DNA from: Eledone cirrhosa
Lineage: Eukaryota
Length of the DNA: 64,000 bases
Direction of reading: 5' to 3'
Assembly: GCA_964016885.1 (NCBI GenBank)
Contig: OZ024741.1
Coordinates: 264,430,001 to 264,494,000 of the forward strand
Under the pieces are notes generated by a model that saw only the letters and a program-made list of their open reading frames with translations, was not told the DNA's origin and ran no database searches. Position 1 is the first letter of the stretch; every line of letters starts with the position of its first letter. Below, piece after piece: positions 1 to 12,650 of this stretch. A program made the translations under genes and the position numbers.

Positions 1-9
1 ATAAAGAAA

Positions 10-47
<38 letters not shown>
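1..47 (+). repeat. 3' terminus and (TAT)n tail of an upstream Tx1/L1-like copy
   Basis: ATAAAGAAATCATTATTATT matches the 3' end at 2676-2728 and closely resembles 22308-22360. Confidence 0.75.
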
Positions 48-2684
48 GAATGCCATGGTTGACGGAGGCTCGGCTCTGTAAGGTATAGTAGTTTTAAACG
101 TTAAAACAATTGTAAATTGTTTAAAACTTGAACCAAATTGTTGATAAAGACACCCTCCTCCTCGTGAGAGGGGTCTTTCTGTCCGTTATTTGGCCCTTCG
201 GGGTTAAATAACCAGTTATTGGGGTTTTGTACCCAATATTCATTTTAAACAAAAAAACAACATGGCTACGAAAAAAAAATTTCATACGTCACTCCCACTC
301 ATTCCGTCTTCTTCTTCCTCAATAATCACTACAGCAGAGAGAAGATTGTCTCTCTCCCTCCCTTCTTTAAATGTGTCTCTCTCCCTCCCTTCTCTTTCGC
401 AAGTGACGAAAGAAAAGAAAAGTCTCGTGCAAAGCGTGCAAGCTTTCTCCACGACGACGACGACAGCGACGAAACAGGTGTGCGGGAAATACGAAAACCC
501 GGTTCATTCGTCTGACGTCAGGAATAATAGCAGTAGCAGCCGTAATAACAACAGCAACAGTGACAATGAAAACAACAGTAGCAGCCGCAACAGCATCACC
601 AGCAGCATAAATAACAACAGCATTAGCAGCAGCAACACCAACAACAACCACAGCAACAGCGGCGGAGGCAGTAGTCGTAGTACCTGCAGCAACAACAAAA
701 GTACCAGCAGCTCTGACGACAACAACAACAGCAGAGAAAAACCAATCTCATTTGCAGGTATTGCGAAAAACTTGGAAACAATCCTCATAACAAATGAGGA
801 ATTAGAGGAAGCGAAGAAGATGGTGACAAAGAACGGACACCGAGCAATCTGCAAGGCAGCGAAAAATTTTTTCGAAACCCAAGAGCACTGTACGGTCACG
901 TACCGTACAGTAAGTACAAAATCCCGTAGGGTGGAAAGAGCCACAGAGGCCCAAATACAAAAAGCCTTGGGGTCTGTGTGGCAGAGGAAAACGCACATCA
1001 CCCGAGGCAAAAAATATGCCACCGTAGACGTACTTTTTGCCACACCCCAGGAGGCAAAGGCCCAATCAGTAGTGACCCTAAGGAGCGAGGAAATGGTGTT
1101 GGTGCCCTCCTACTGTGGGCAAAAAATTGTGAGGGTCAAACTGACCCACGTCCCCCCCCGGAATGACCCCTTCTTGGCTGGCCGCGTCTGTCCTCGTCGG
1201 AATCGAGGACAAAACAACTGTACTGCAAGTACAGAAAAAAGTAAGAGAAGATTGGGTCGGCTCCTCCATTGAGATGCTAATCCAAACTAACCAGGAGTGC
1301 ATCGAAGCTATCCCGGATGTGATAGACTTCGATAACGGCACTCAACTGCCCATAAGTGTTGAGGGCAAACGCCCGAAATGCTTTCGCTGTGGATCGAAGA
1401 CCCACCTCAGGGGCTTCTGCAACGAGAAGACCCTGAGAAAGGAGAAAACCCCCTTCCTTCCGAATCCGGCTCCACGGCTACCAGCAACAGGACAAGCGGC
1501 AACCAGGAACGATAGGCCCGTGGCACCCATACCCACTCCACGGAAATCAAAAACAGCAGCAGCAGTGGAAATACTAACAACAACAACAGCAATACCAAAT
1601 GCAGCTGCAACAGAGACTCCAGTGCAAACATCACCAACAACAACAAGTGAAAGAGTGGAGTTGGTACCCCTCCCCGACCTCACAGAATCAGACATGGAGT
1701 GTGAGGTGGGAGAGAGATGGCAAAAGGTCGTAAGAAGACACAAACGCAGAAGCAGCGCATCGTCGCCTTTGAAAAGGGAGGAAAGAAATGAGAAAAGGGT
1801 AAAGTCTACTGCAAAGAGACCCACAGCAGCAACAACACCAACACCATCACCACCCACACTAGCGCCACCATCACCACCGGCGACAACCCCACCGCCAACA
1901 ACACCTTCAACACCACCACCACAAGCACCAACATCGCAAACACAACAACAAAACACACACACCCAGCAACAACGACAAGAAAATAGCAGAACCACACCCC
2001 ACCCCCAGAAAAACAAATGCACGGCAATAAATACACACAACAAGAAACTAATGACTTACATAATTGAACACACAGACATTTCACAACAGGACTACATAAT
2101 ACCAGCACCAATCAAAACGCCAACTAACATAAGACTGCTAAAAATAGCACAGAAACAATACACAAATATTAAAACGAAATTCCCCAACGCAGTTGGTGAT
2201 TTCAGGGACCTAGGAGGAACCATCAATCGAAGAGTATACTGAAAGGGCTGAAGACGAGCACTTACCTCTTCGGTGATGCTCTGATTGACTTTTTCAAATT
2301 TCATTTGAAAAGGAAAATCAGAGTAGAGAAGGAAGTGCTCTCTTCCCAGCATTTTGTTGAAAGATGGGTGAGAGAAGCAAGAATGGCCCGAGTGAATGGG
2401 CCGACTCTGAGTATATATCTGTAAACTAAAGGTGGAAAACTGGGAGAGGGCACTTGCCTTGGTGGTCAGGGTCATTGTGGCTTTTTACTGGGCTTTCTCC
2501 ACAAATGTCCCTCCGAAGTCTCCCCCCTATTGGGGAATTTTTCATTGTTATTTTCATTGTTATTTTTGTTACATCCTCTGTTTTTGTTTTTTTACACGCA
2601 GAAATGCCCATTTGTACCGTCCTGCATTGTCCTGCACTGTCCTTAATGTCTACTTTATGTAAACCCTTGTGGTTAATAAAGAAA

Positions 2685-2728
<44 letters not shown>
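48..2728 (+). mobile_element. Internally deleted Tx1/L1-like non-LTR element: 5'UTR, ORF1, last ~185 bp of ORF2, 3'UTR and (TAT)n tail
   Basis: ORF1 with CCHC knuckle; 2240-2690 is nearly identical to 21890-22325 (ORF2 C-terminus and 3'UTR); EN and RT are absent. Confidence 0.85.
262..2242 (+). pseudogene. Gag-like ORF1 (low-complexity N-terminus, RRM-like region, CX2CX4HX4C knuckle, Pro/Thr-rich tail), frameshifted near 1152-1159
   Basis: ORFs 262-1272 and 1163-2242 join across a C run; knuckle CFRCGSKTHLRGFC; homologous to ORFs at 6942, 8840-9727 and 10379-11592. Confidence 0.8.
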
Positions 2729-2729
<1 letters not shown>

Positions 2730-2730
<1 letters not shown>

Positions 2731-2915
2731 GGGCGGTGAATTGGCAGTATCGGTAGAGGGTTGGACGTCATGCTTTCTAGCATAGTTACGTCCCTTTATG
2801 GTCTGTGTTCAAATCCCGTCGAGGTTAACTTTGCCTTTCATCCTTATGGGGTCGATAAAATAAAGTACCAGTAATGTACTGGGTAATTGCTGGCCTTGTG
2901 CCAAAAGTAGAAACA

Positions 2916-2960
<45 letters not shown>
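2730..2960 (+). mobile_element. tRNA-derived SINE with (TAT)n tail
   Basis: A-box-like TGGCAGTATCGG, B-box GTTCAAATCC, central GCCTTTCATCCTTATGGGGTCGATAAAATAAAGTACCAG (Meta/Sauria-type domain, by recollection); copies at 6413, 15190 and 33377. Confidence 0.8.
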
Positions 2961-2962
<2 letters not shown>

Positions 2963-3509
2963 TCTCAAAGTAAAGGGTGTCATGAAAGATACAAAATCAA
3001 ACATGTCTTGTCTCTAAAAACAGATCAAGCTTAGATGATTTTGAAATTTCCTCACTGATGATCCGTTTCAAAATATTTAATTTTGCCGTTATTTGGTGAA
3101 ATGTATTCTGATTTTGTAGAGAATACATATGAGGGAAATATTTTTATCGTTATCAGGTATTTTGTTTTAAATTTTTTTTATTAAATTTAATAAGATACTA
3201 AACGAATTATGTAGTCTTACTTTCAGTGTAGATTGCCTCTAGTTCTAAGTTTTGATGTCTTAGTGCACACTTATCTGTCTATGAATATATTTAAATCTCT
3301 TTCTTATAATGATTTATATATGCGAAAGCAAGATCCGCCAAAGATCGATGGTGCACGATAGAATAACCTGCTACGTTTAATCGGGGGCCATCATAAAACT
3401 CTGTGTACAACCACTTCATCTGGTGGGTCTCTTATTTATGGGTAGCCAAATCCATCCTAATAGCAGTGAGGAAAGATAAACGGCATTAGCCCATCAAATT
3501 ATACAGAGA

Positions 3510-3532
3510 GGCAGACACACGTACACACACAG

Positions 3533-3564
<32 letters not shown>

Positions 3565-3688
3565 ATACAGACACACATACACACAGACATACACAGGTAC
3601 ACAGACCACACATACACACACGCACACATATACACACAGACGCACACACAGACAAACACATACAGACACACACACAGACATACACAGA

Positions 3689-3724
<36 letters not shown>

Positions 3725-4745
3725 ACACAGACACACACACACACAGACATACACACAGACAAACACATACACATACAGACACACACAGACAAACACATAC
3801 ACAGACACACACACACAGACACAGACACAGACAAACACATACACACACACATACACACACACACAGACACACATACACACAGACATACACAGACATACAT
3901 ACACACACACAAACACACACACGAATATACACAGACATACACACACACACACACATATACACACAGACACACACACAGACAAACACATACACATACAGAC
4001 ACACATACACACACAGACAAACGCACATACATATACACACAGGCGCACACATACTGACGCATACACAGTCATACGCATATACATACACAAGGAGTTACAC
4101 ACACACACAGACACACACAGTGACACATACACTCACAGACACACACATTCATATATACACATACAGAAACACGCACACACACTGACGCACACACAGACAC
4201 ACTCACATACATACACACGAAGTCATATAGACAGACACACACACAGAATTACACACACATGCACACACAGATAGACGTACACAGCCATATACACACATAC
4301 ACACAAAGACACACGCACACAGTCATATACACACAGACAGACGTACACAGTCATATACACACATACACACAAAGACACACGCACACAGTCATATACACAC
4401 AGACAGACGTACACAGTCATATACACACATACAGACGTACACAGTCATATACACACAGACAGACGTACACAGTCATATAGACACATACACACAAAGACAC
4501 ACGCACACAGACACAGTCGTATACACACAGACAGACGTACACAGTCATATACACACATACACACACACACACACAGATAGACACAGTCATATATACACAT
4601 ACAGACGTACACAGTCATATACACACAGACAGACGTACACAGTCATATACACACATACACACACACAGACAGACGTACACAGTCATATACACACATACAG
4701 ACGTACACAGTCATATACACACAGACAGACGTACACAGTCATATA

Positions 4746-4779
<34 letters not shown>

Positions 4780-5627
4780 GATAGACACAGTCATATATAC
4801 ACAGACATACGTACACAGTCATATATACACAGACATACGTACACAGTCATATACACACATACACACACACACACACACAGATAGACACAGTCATATATAC
4901 ACAGACAGACGTACACAGTCATATACACACATACACACAAAGACACACGCACACAGACATACGTACACAGTCATATACACACATACACACAAAGACACAC
5001 GCACACAGACAGACGTACACAGTCGTATACACAGAGACAGACGTACACAGTCATATACACACATGTACACACAAAGACACACGCACACAGACAGACAGAC
5101 ACAGTCATACAGACACACAGACAGACGTACACAGTCATATACACACATACACACAAAGACACACGCACACAGACACAGTCATATACACACAGACAGACGT
5201 ACACAGTCATATACACACATACACACAAAGACACACGCACACAGACACAGTCATATACACACAGACAGACGTACACAGTCATATACACACATGTACACAC
5301 ACACGCACACACACACACACAGACACAGTCATATACACACAGACAGACGTACACAGTCATATACACACATACACACACACACACACACAGATAGACACAG
5401 TCATATATACACAGACAGACGTACACAGTCATATACACACAGACAGACGTACACAGTCGTATACACACATACACACAAAGACACACGCACACAGACACAG
5501 TCATATACACACAGACAGACGTACACAGTCATATACACACATGTACACACACACGCACACACACACACACACACACAGACACAGTCATATACACACAGAC
5601 AGACGTACACAGTCATATACACACATG

Positions 5628-5660
<33 letters not shown>
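3510..5660. repeat. Compound (CA)n microsatellite grading into a ~28-bp minisatellite (ACACAGTCATATACACACAGACAGACGT)
   Basis: Direct inspection; the recurring unit starts at ~4270. Confidence 0.95.
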
Positions 5661-5662
<2 letters not shown>

Positions 5663-5934
5663 GTTCATAGTAGGAATGACATCATGTGAAGCCATAGGAA
5701 AAGCACCTCCGTCCAGTAGCAGCCAATGTTCTCAGCTGGTAATAACACAGACAGGCGACATTCATTACACAATGCTACATCAGATATCACAGCTACAATA
5801 ACGGGAGAGTCATGTGAGAGTGAAATGTGTAGTATAGTGATAGATAGAAGCAACTGAAAATATTCTGGATGAAATATTATATTCCTAGAAGGGGTGCTAT
5901 GGTGCTCGAAATAACGGCTTTAATCATTTTCCTG

Positions 5935-5935
5935 C

Positions 5936-5990
<55 letters not shown>

Positions 5991-6005
5991 ATCTCTCTCT
6001 CTCTA

Positions 6006-6040
<35 letters not shown>

Positions 6041-6365
6041 GTCGCTCTGTCTCTCTCTCTCTCTGTTTCTCTTTCTCTCTCGCTCTGTCTGTCTCTCTCT
6101 CTCTCTCTCTCTGACCCCACCCTCTCTCTCTTTCTCTCTCTTACCCCGCCCCCTCTCTCTTTCTCTTTCTATTTACACACACGCACACACATACAAACGC
6201 ATTCACAAAAACACCCATACACATACAAACACACGCATACAAACACAAAGACGCACAAACACACACATGCATATACAAAGACACACACACATACACATAT
6301 ACAAAGACACACACACACATATATGTATATAAATACACACACACATATACAAAGACACACACACG
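5935..6365. repeat. (TC)n then (CA)n-rich microsatellites
   Basis: Direct inspection. Confidence 0.95.
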
Positions 6366-6412
6366 TAGACTATTTGTAAAACTGATAAAACAAACCGTTA
6401 ATCTGCGTATGG

Positions 6413-6597
6413 ATTGGCAGTATCGGTAGAGGGTCGGACACCATGCTTTGACGCATAGAGTTACGGCCCTTACCATTCTGAGTTCAAATCAAGCCGAGGT
6501 TAACTTTGCCTTTCATCCTTACGAGGTCGATAAAATAAAGTACCAGTAATGCACTGGGTCATTGCTGGCCTTGTGCCAAAAGTAGAAACAATTATCA
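6413..6597 (+). mobile_element. tRNA-derived SINE (same family as 2730)
   Basis: Aligns to 2740-2920. Confidence 0.8.
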
Positions 6598-6941
6598 TTG
6601 GCTGAAGTATTTATCATATTCAGAAAACCATAACTACAGTGCCTCTTCTTCTTCTTCTTCTCCGCCTCTTCTTCTTCTCCTCCTCCTTCTTATTATTATT
6701 ATTGGGTCTTATTATTATTATCTGTCTTTTTGCTCGCCCTCGTAAGTTTATTTATTTACCTCGTAAGTTTATTTATTTACCTGTCAAAACTTATTTATTG
6801 AATTTTTTGTTGTTGTGTAAGGCATACAAGCCCTTCGACTTTGCCCTGTGAAGGGTAAAGTATAATATTTGGGCCTTTTGGCCCAAATATTTGAACTTTT
6901 TTACATTTTAAAAAATTATCGAGAAAAAAACAAAAAAAAAC

Positions 6942-7259
6942 ATGGCTGAGCCACGCCCCCCTGCGATATGTCTGCTGCCGTGCGACAACGACGTAAAAGT
7001 TGAAAGGAGCACTACGGCGAAATTAACAGAAATTGATACAACAAACACTACCACAAACAACGTGAACAAAGACAGCAATGACAGTAACAGCGACAACCAA
7101 AATACAGATAGCAGAAATAATGACAACAAATGCAACAACAATATCAACACCACTAGCATGAAAACAAATAGCGACAACAACAACAGTACCAACTGCACCG
7201 AGAACAAAGGCTGCACCAAAGACAACAATGATAACAGCGATAGTGATAACAACAACACC

Positions 7260-7291
<32 letters not shown>

Positions 7292-8339
7292 CAACACCAC
7301 CACCAACGACAAGAAGAAGAACACTTTCGCTGCGGCAGCAGCCAAAAAGAGGCCATGCTTCAACATGGACCTCTCAAACAAAGATGAAAAGTTGACCCAG
7401 GCCTGGAAGCTCATCAAGCAAGAACAAACCTGGGCCAACTTAACTGTCCCGGTAGAAGCTATTGAGGCAGTGGAGCGCAGAACGGTGCATTATAGATGCA
7501 TTTCAGCACAAACCAAAAGGGCAGCTTTAATCCCACAAGCACATGTCGAAGTCGCGCTGAGGTGCATCAGAGAAGACACCGAATACATAGCGAGGGGCAG
7601 ACAGTACAGCACCATTTCGGTGCTGTTCAAGTCAGAAGCCCTCGCTATGAAACACGCTATGACTCCTTGCAAAACCAGCAAGCTCATAATGTACCCCTCC
7701 CACATGGGAAAAAGAACGGCCCGTCTCCGCATTCTTGACATGTGGTGGCTTCTGGGATGTGTGATTGTGGAGGGGACGGATACCGTCCCGATAGAAGTGA
7801 CCAGAACGGCCAGAGAAGACTGGTCCGGGTTTGACCTGGAGATCCTTCTCCAGACCAGGCCCGAGAATGTGAAGACAATCCCGGACCACATCCGCCTTCA
7901 GAATGGGACGGTCATTCACATTATGACCGAAGACAAAAGGCCGCATTATTTTGTTTGTGGGGCAAAAACCCATTTGCGAGCCTTCTGCCCTCAACTGCTG
8001 AAAGATGCAAGGGGTCGAAGGGCTCCACTGCTGCCGACGCCGGGGCGAGGAACACAACCAACACCAGCACCGGCAAAACCTCCAACAACAACACCAATAG
8101 AAAGACCACCACCAACATTGACCACCCAGGGGGGAAACGAGGAAAGTTGTCTAATTCCCCCTCCCACCAAAAATACACACATCAATAAAAACATAAACAC
8201 ACACACAGACACACTTACAGACACAGGCCCCTCATCTACCAGTAGTGAAGATGAGGGAAAACCCAAATCCCCCAAAATACAAAAAATGAAACACAAAAAG
8301 AATAAAAAACTCAACAAAGCACAAAAACAACTACAATAA
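6942..8339 (+). CDS. Gag-like ORF1a, 465 aa, degenerate knuckle YFVCGAKTHLRAFC
   Basis: RRTVHYRCISAQTKR...YIARGRQYSTISVLF...REDWSGFDLEILLQT parallels the 262-2242 ORF1. Confidence 0.7.
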
Positions 8340-8343
8340 ACAA

Positions 8344-10202
8344 ATGCAGACACCACCCACGCAAACATCTCCCCAACAACATCAACATCAACACCACTAT
8401 CACAATCACCAGAATCCCCCAAACGCAAACAACCTAAACAGATGCAAGAACAAATACACACATACATCTGAAATCACAGACACCGCACTCATAACAAACA
8501 CAGACACAACCGGAACAACACCTTCAAAACCACTGATACCACCACTACCACCACAACTGAAACTAAAAATAACAATAACAAAACTAACAATAACAACAGC
8601 AACAACAACAATGAGAATAACAACAACAACATCAACACCAGCGCAAAACAAAATGTGTCATTTGCCAAAGCAGCCACCAAAAGCGAAACAATCGAGGTAA
8701 GCCAGGATGAATTAAATGAAGAGAATGGTAAAAAAAGATGGGTACAGGGTCAGTGCCGCCCCCCCCCCCATCTAATAAAATGGAGCATCGGCGCCTATGC
8801 ACCGTGTCATATCGGACGATGAACACAAAATAACGCCGAATGGAACGGGCATCCGAGTCCCCGATACAAAAAGCTTTGGGACATGTGTGTGCGAAAAAAA
8901 CCCACATTAGACGTAGGCAGAAATATGGAACCATGGACGTGTTCTTTGGAACCCCACAGGAAGCCAGAGAGCACTCCATGGCCCTATTAAGAAGTGACGA
9001 GTTGACACTCGTCCCAAGCTATTGTGGTTAGAGACTCGTGAAGATCAGTTGTGGTTAGAGACTCGTGACCCCAGTTCCGCCGGTCATCGAAATTCCCTGG
9101 CTAATGGCTGCCGTCCTCACCGGCATCGAGGCCAACACGAAAATAATTGAGATAAGAAAAGAAAAGCAGGAGAACTGGTCCGGATCTGGGATGGAGCTCC
9201 TGATCCAAGCGGACCAAAAAAACATTGAGGAAATTCCAGAGGTGATAGACCTCACTGACGGCAGCCACCCCACCGTAATCGTTGAGGATAGAAGGCGAAG
9301 GTGTGTCGTTTGTGGCGAAGGAACCCACCTAAAGGCTTCCTGCCCTCAGGCTAAAAAGTTGAGGCCACCTCTCCTACCCACCCCAGTGACTCAACGATCA
9401 AAACCACCAGCAGCAGAAATGGCAGCAACAACAGAAGCAACTGTGGCAGCAAACACCGCAGCAACTGTAGCAGCAACAGTAGCAAAACCAACACCACGAC
9501 CCACCGCGCCAGAATTAGCACCAGCGCCTCCACCACGCCACAACCAAAACCAACGCCTGTGGAGGATTTTCCACTCCCCGACCTATCCCAACTGGAGACA
9601 GATTGTGACGATGAGGAGGAGTGGGAAACTGTATCATGAAAAAAGAAAAAGAAAAAAAAGAACCCAAAAAATAAAAAAAATCCTCTTCCTTCGCCCTCCA
9701 AAACAAAATGCAGGAGGTAACAAATAAGCAAACAAACAAAAAAGTTAAGACAGCTATCCCACCACCCACACCAGCATCACCAGCGCCATCACCACAAACA
9801 TCAACACCATCACCATCATTAACCCCAACGCCACAAAAATCACCAAAAAGCGAAACAGAAATAAACCCACAACAAACGCAAACAAAACAAAACAACCAAA
9901 GCGATACACACTGCACAGCATTAAATTTGAACAACAACCAATTATTACACTACATGCAACACAACACCAGCATCACAGAAAAAGACTACACAACACCCCA
10001 ATAATTCACACCACCTCCACACATACAAATCATTCGCATCACACAGAAAACGTACGCGACACTAACACAAAAATTCCCCAAGGGCATCGGAGACTTCCGA
10101 CAAACACTCTCCAGGAGAATTTATAAGGACATCCTTCCGGAGGAGGCCACAAGCAGTGAGAAGGATGGAGTAACCATCCTTCCTCTACGAGAAGTGAGGT
10201 AA
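8344..10202 (+). pseudogene. Second gag-like module ORF1b, disrupted
   Basis: MERASESPIQKALGHVCAKKTHIRRRQKYGTMDVFF, knuckle CVVCGEGTHLKASC, C-terminal CTALN...RRIYKDI; several stops and frameshifts plus a ~20-bp duplication near 9022-9068. Confidence 0.75.
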
Positions 10203-10237
10203 GTGGTCTTTCCCATCTTTTTCCACTCCTTTTCAAC

Positions 10238-10350
10238 ATGACCTCACTCAGAATAGGCAGCATAAATGAGCGTGGCTTGGGGTCGTCATGCAAACAGGGC
10301 CACCTGTTCAACGACCTCAGGTCACTAAACATAGTTGTGGTGGCCATCTC
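10238..10350 (+). pseudogene. ORF2 N-terminus (APE endonuclease, first ~38 aa), cut by an inversion
   Basis: Hand translation MTSLRIGSINERGLGSSCKQGHLFNDLRSLNIVVVAIS. Confidence 0.7.
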
Positions 10351-10378
10351 TCCGAAGAGCGGGGTAAGTGAGAAAGGA

Positions 10379-11592
10379 TCACTTACCTTGATCGTGTAGT
10401 GAAGGGACAGTAGAACCGTCCCTTTCGCTGGTCATGGGTGTTTCCAAGATAATGTCGGTGTATATTCTCTTGGTAACTGACCCCTTGAAGTCTCCAATTG
10501 CGTTGGGAAATTTTTGCTTTAAAAGTTTGTACTGTTCTATTGAGATTTCAATGATGCTTATGTTTGTCAGGAGAGTTCTTGGTGTTGGTGGGATGTAGTA
10601 GTTTTTTTCTGTGATGTCTGTGTTCTGATTTATATGTTGTAAGAGTTTTTTATTTGTCATGTTTATGGCTGTGTACTTTTTGGGGGGAGGGGTGATTTTG
10701 TTGCTGTTGGGTGTGTGTGTTTTGTTGTGTTTGCGATATTGGTGTTTTTGGTGATGCTCGTGGTGGTGTGGTTGTTGTTGGTGGTGATGCTTGTGGTTGT
10801 GATGGTGGTGGTGTTGCTGCAAATCTCCTTGAAGCCTTTACCCCTCTTTGTCTGCCTTCGCTTTTGGAGGGCGAAGCTAAGGGTTTTTTTCTTTTTTTTT
10901 GCCACTTCCCTCCCACCTCACACTCCATGTCGGACCCCAGGACATCCGGGAGGGGCATGAGCTCCACTGCTGTTGGTGGTGGTAGTGGAGCCCGCTCCGG
11001 CGATTTTACCGCCGGTGTAGCTACTGCGACTGTTGGTGTTGCCGCCACTGCTGCCGCTGCTTTAGTTGTCCTTGGCCTTGTTATGGGCGTCACGGAAGTT
11101 GCCATCCTACTCACTATGGAAGGATCTGTTGCCTGCCCTGCTCTTGTTAGCAGCGGATCAAGCGTCGGAAGGAGGGGTAGGGGGCGCTTCTTGGCTGTCT
11201 TCTGTGGGCAGAAGATTCTGAGGTGACCCTTCAGTCCACAGCGGTAGCATTTTGGGCGCCTTCCTTCCACGCTTAAAGGGAGTTGGAGCCCTTCTTCGAG
11301 GTCTATGATGTCTGGGATGGCCTCGATGCATTCCTAGTCAGTCTGTATTAGCATTTGCATGCCTATTCCTGACCAGTTCTCTCTTCCCATTCTCTGTATT
11401 TGCAGTATGGTGGTCTTCTCGACTCCACGCAGTACAGACGCGGCCAGCCAAGGTATGGGCACGTCGGGCGGGACCTGGGTCACTTTGACCCTCACAAGAG
11501 TGAGACTTCGCCTCTTGGGGGAGGGGGGAGAAAGGTACGTCTACTGTGGCGTACATTTTGCCTCGCGTGATGTGGGTTTGCGCGCCCAGATG
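10379..11592 (-). pseudogene. C-terminal two-thirds of ORF1 of a sister Tx1-like copy (inside the inversion)
   Basis: THITRGKMYATVDV, CYRCGLKGHLRIFC, QKFPNAIGDF...KRIYTDII. Confidence 0.8.
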
Positions 11593-12650
11593 AGCGAAGT
11601 GTCGCTGAAAAGCCCACACATTTCCCCGGGATCGAGTAGCATGCGCCCGTCGTGGTCCACCAAAGACCGGATCGTGGCTTTGTTGCCACGACGCGCCTCC
11701 GCCACTCGGGCCCATTGAACGGCTTCGTTCCCTCGTGTCTGAGAGCACGCACCCTAGCTCTGACAACGCAACCTTTGTACTTTGCATTGAAGAATTGGTC
11801 AAGGGCCAATTTCGCCGCAAGTACGTCGGTCGCGATGCCTTTACAAAGCGCCTCGTCTAATTTTCTAACTAGTTCTCCCTCTGCTCTATTTTTCTCTATT
11901 GCTAAAGCCACTACTAAACCCAATGAACTCTATTCTAATCGCTCTTTTCAGAGCAAACCACCATTTGTTGTTGACGTTGGCCCCCGTCAACGCCCGCTTA
12001 ACTAATTCGCTAATCCGGTCTCTGTAGGCCTTGTGCGCTGTTAATGACGCGTTTAGCTTCCAGTAGCCGGGTCCCTGTCTATGAAGCCTATCTAAGTCAA
12101 CCTCACAGATCACGAATTTGTGGTCCGTGTAGTAAACTATTTTGAAATGTGGACAGCCTATGCTAGACCTATCTATTTTCCTACAAAATACTCTATCTAG
12201 ATATGATCTGGATGACCCGATATGGTTTGTCCATGTCCACATTGGCACATTCGGGAAATCCAGACGGTACCTGTCAGACAGTTGAAACCGTCTGAGCAGG
12301 TTTGCGAGGCTTTTACACCCTCCTCCCCTATCCGCTATTCCCACACAGTCCCATCGTGCATCTAAGATCCCGTTCCAGTCGCCCACTAACACTAAAGAGC
12401 AGGACGTTCCAAGAAAGGTCTCCAGACGCCGAAAGAAATCAGGCCGCCCTGCTCCTGTCGCAGCATAGACGACCACCAGCCTGAAAGCCTGCCTGTCTCC
12501 GCTGGTCACGTCCAGCACCACCAACTTACCTTATGGATCCAGAAACATGGCCCGTATGGCGAGATCCAAACCTCCCCGAAAAAGCACAGCGATGCGTACA
12601 CATCGTAGCCGCCGAAGATCGGTGCGAAGGCTCGTGCTTCGGAGATTCTA
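11593..12650 (-). pseudogene. ORF2 APE endonuclease and tower region (inside the inversion)
   Basis: LVLVGDWNG, SRSYLDRVF, YTDHKFV, GYWKLN; very similar to 18975-19870. Confidence 0.85.

Larger units (their letters stand above)
6720..10350 (+). mobile_element. 5' half of Tx1/L1-like element A: 5'UTR, two ORF1 modules, start of ORF2
   Basis: 5'UTR hairpins like 185-238; ORF1a and ORF1b; ORF2 ATG at 10238 reads MTSLRIGSINERGLG (APE motif I). 5' boundary approximate. Confidence 0.75.

Noticed and set aside
2730-2830. tRNA genes at SINE heads
   Set aside because: A/B boxes only, no complete cloverleaf; each continues into a SINE body.
3486-5801. Long VC/HT/YI-rich ORFs (also 32-34 kb, 42.6-52 kb, 57 kb)
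   Set aside because: Translations of dinucleotide microsatellites.
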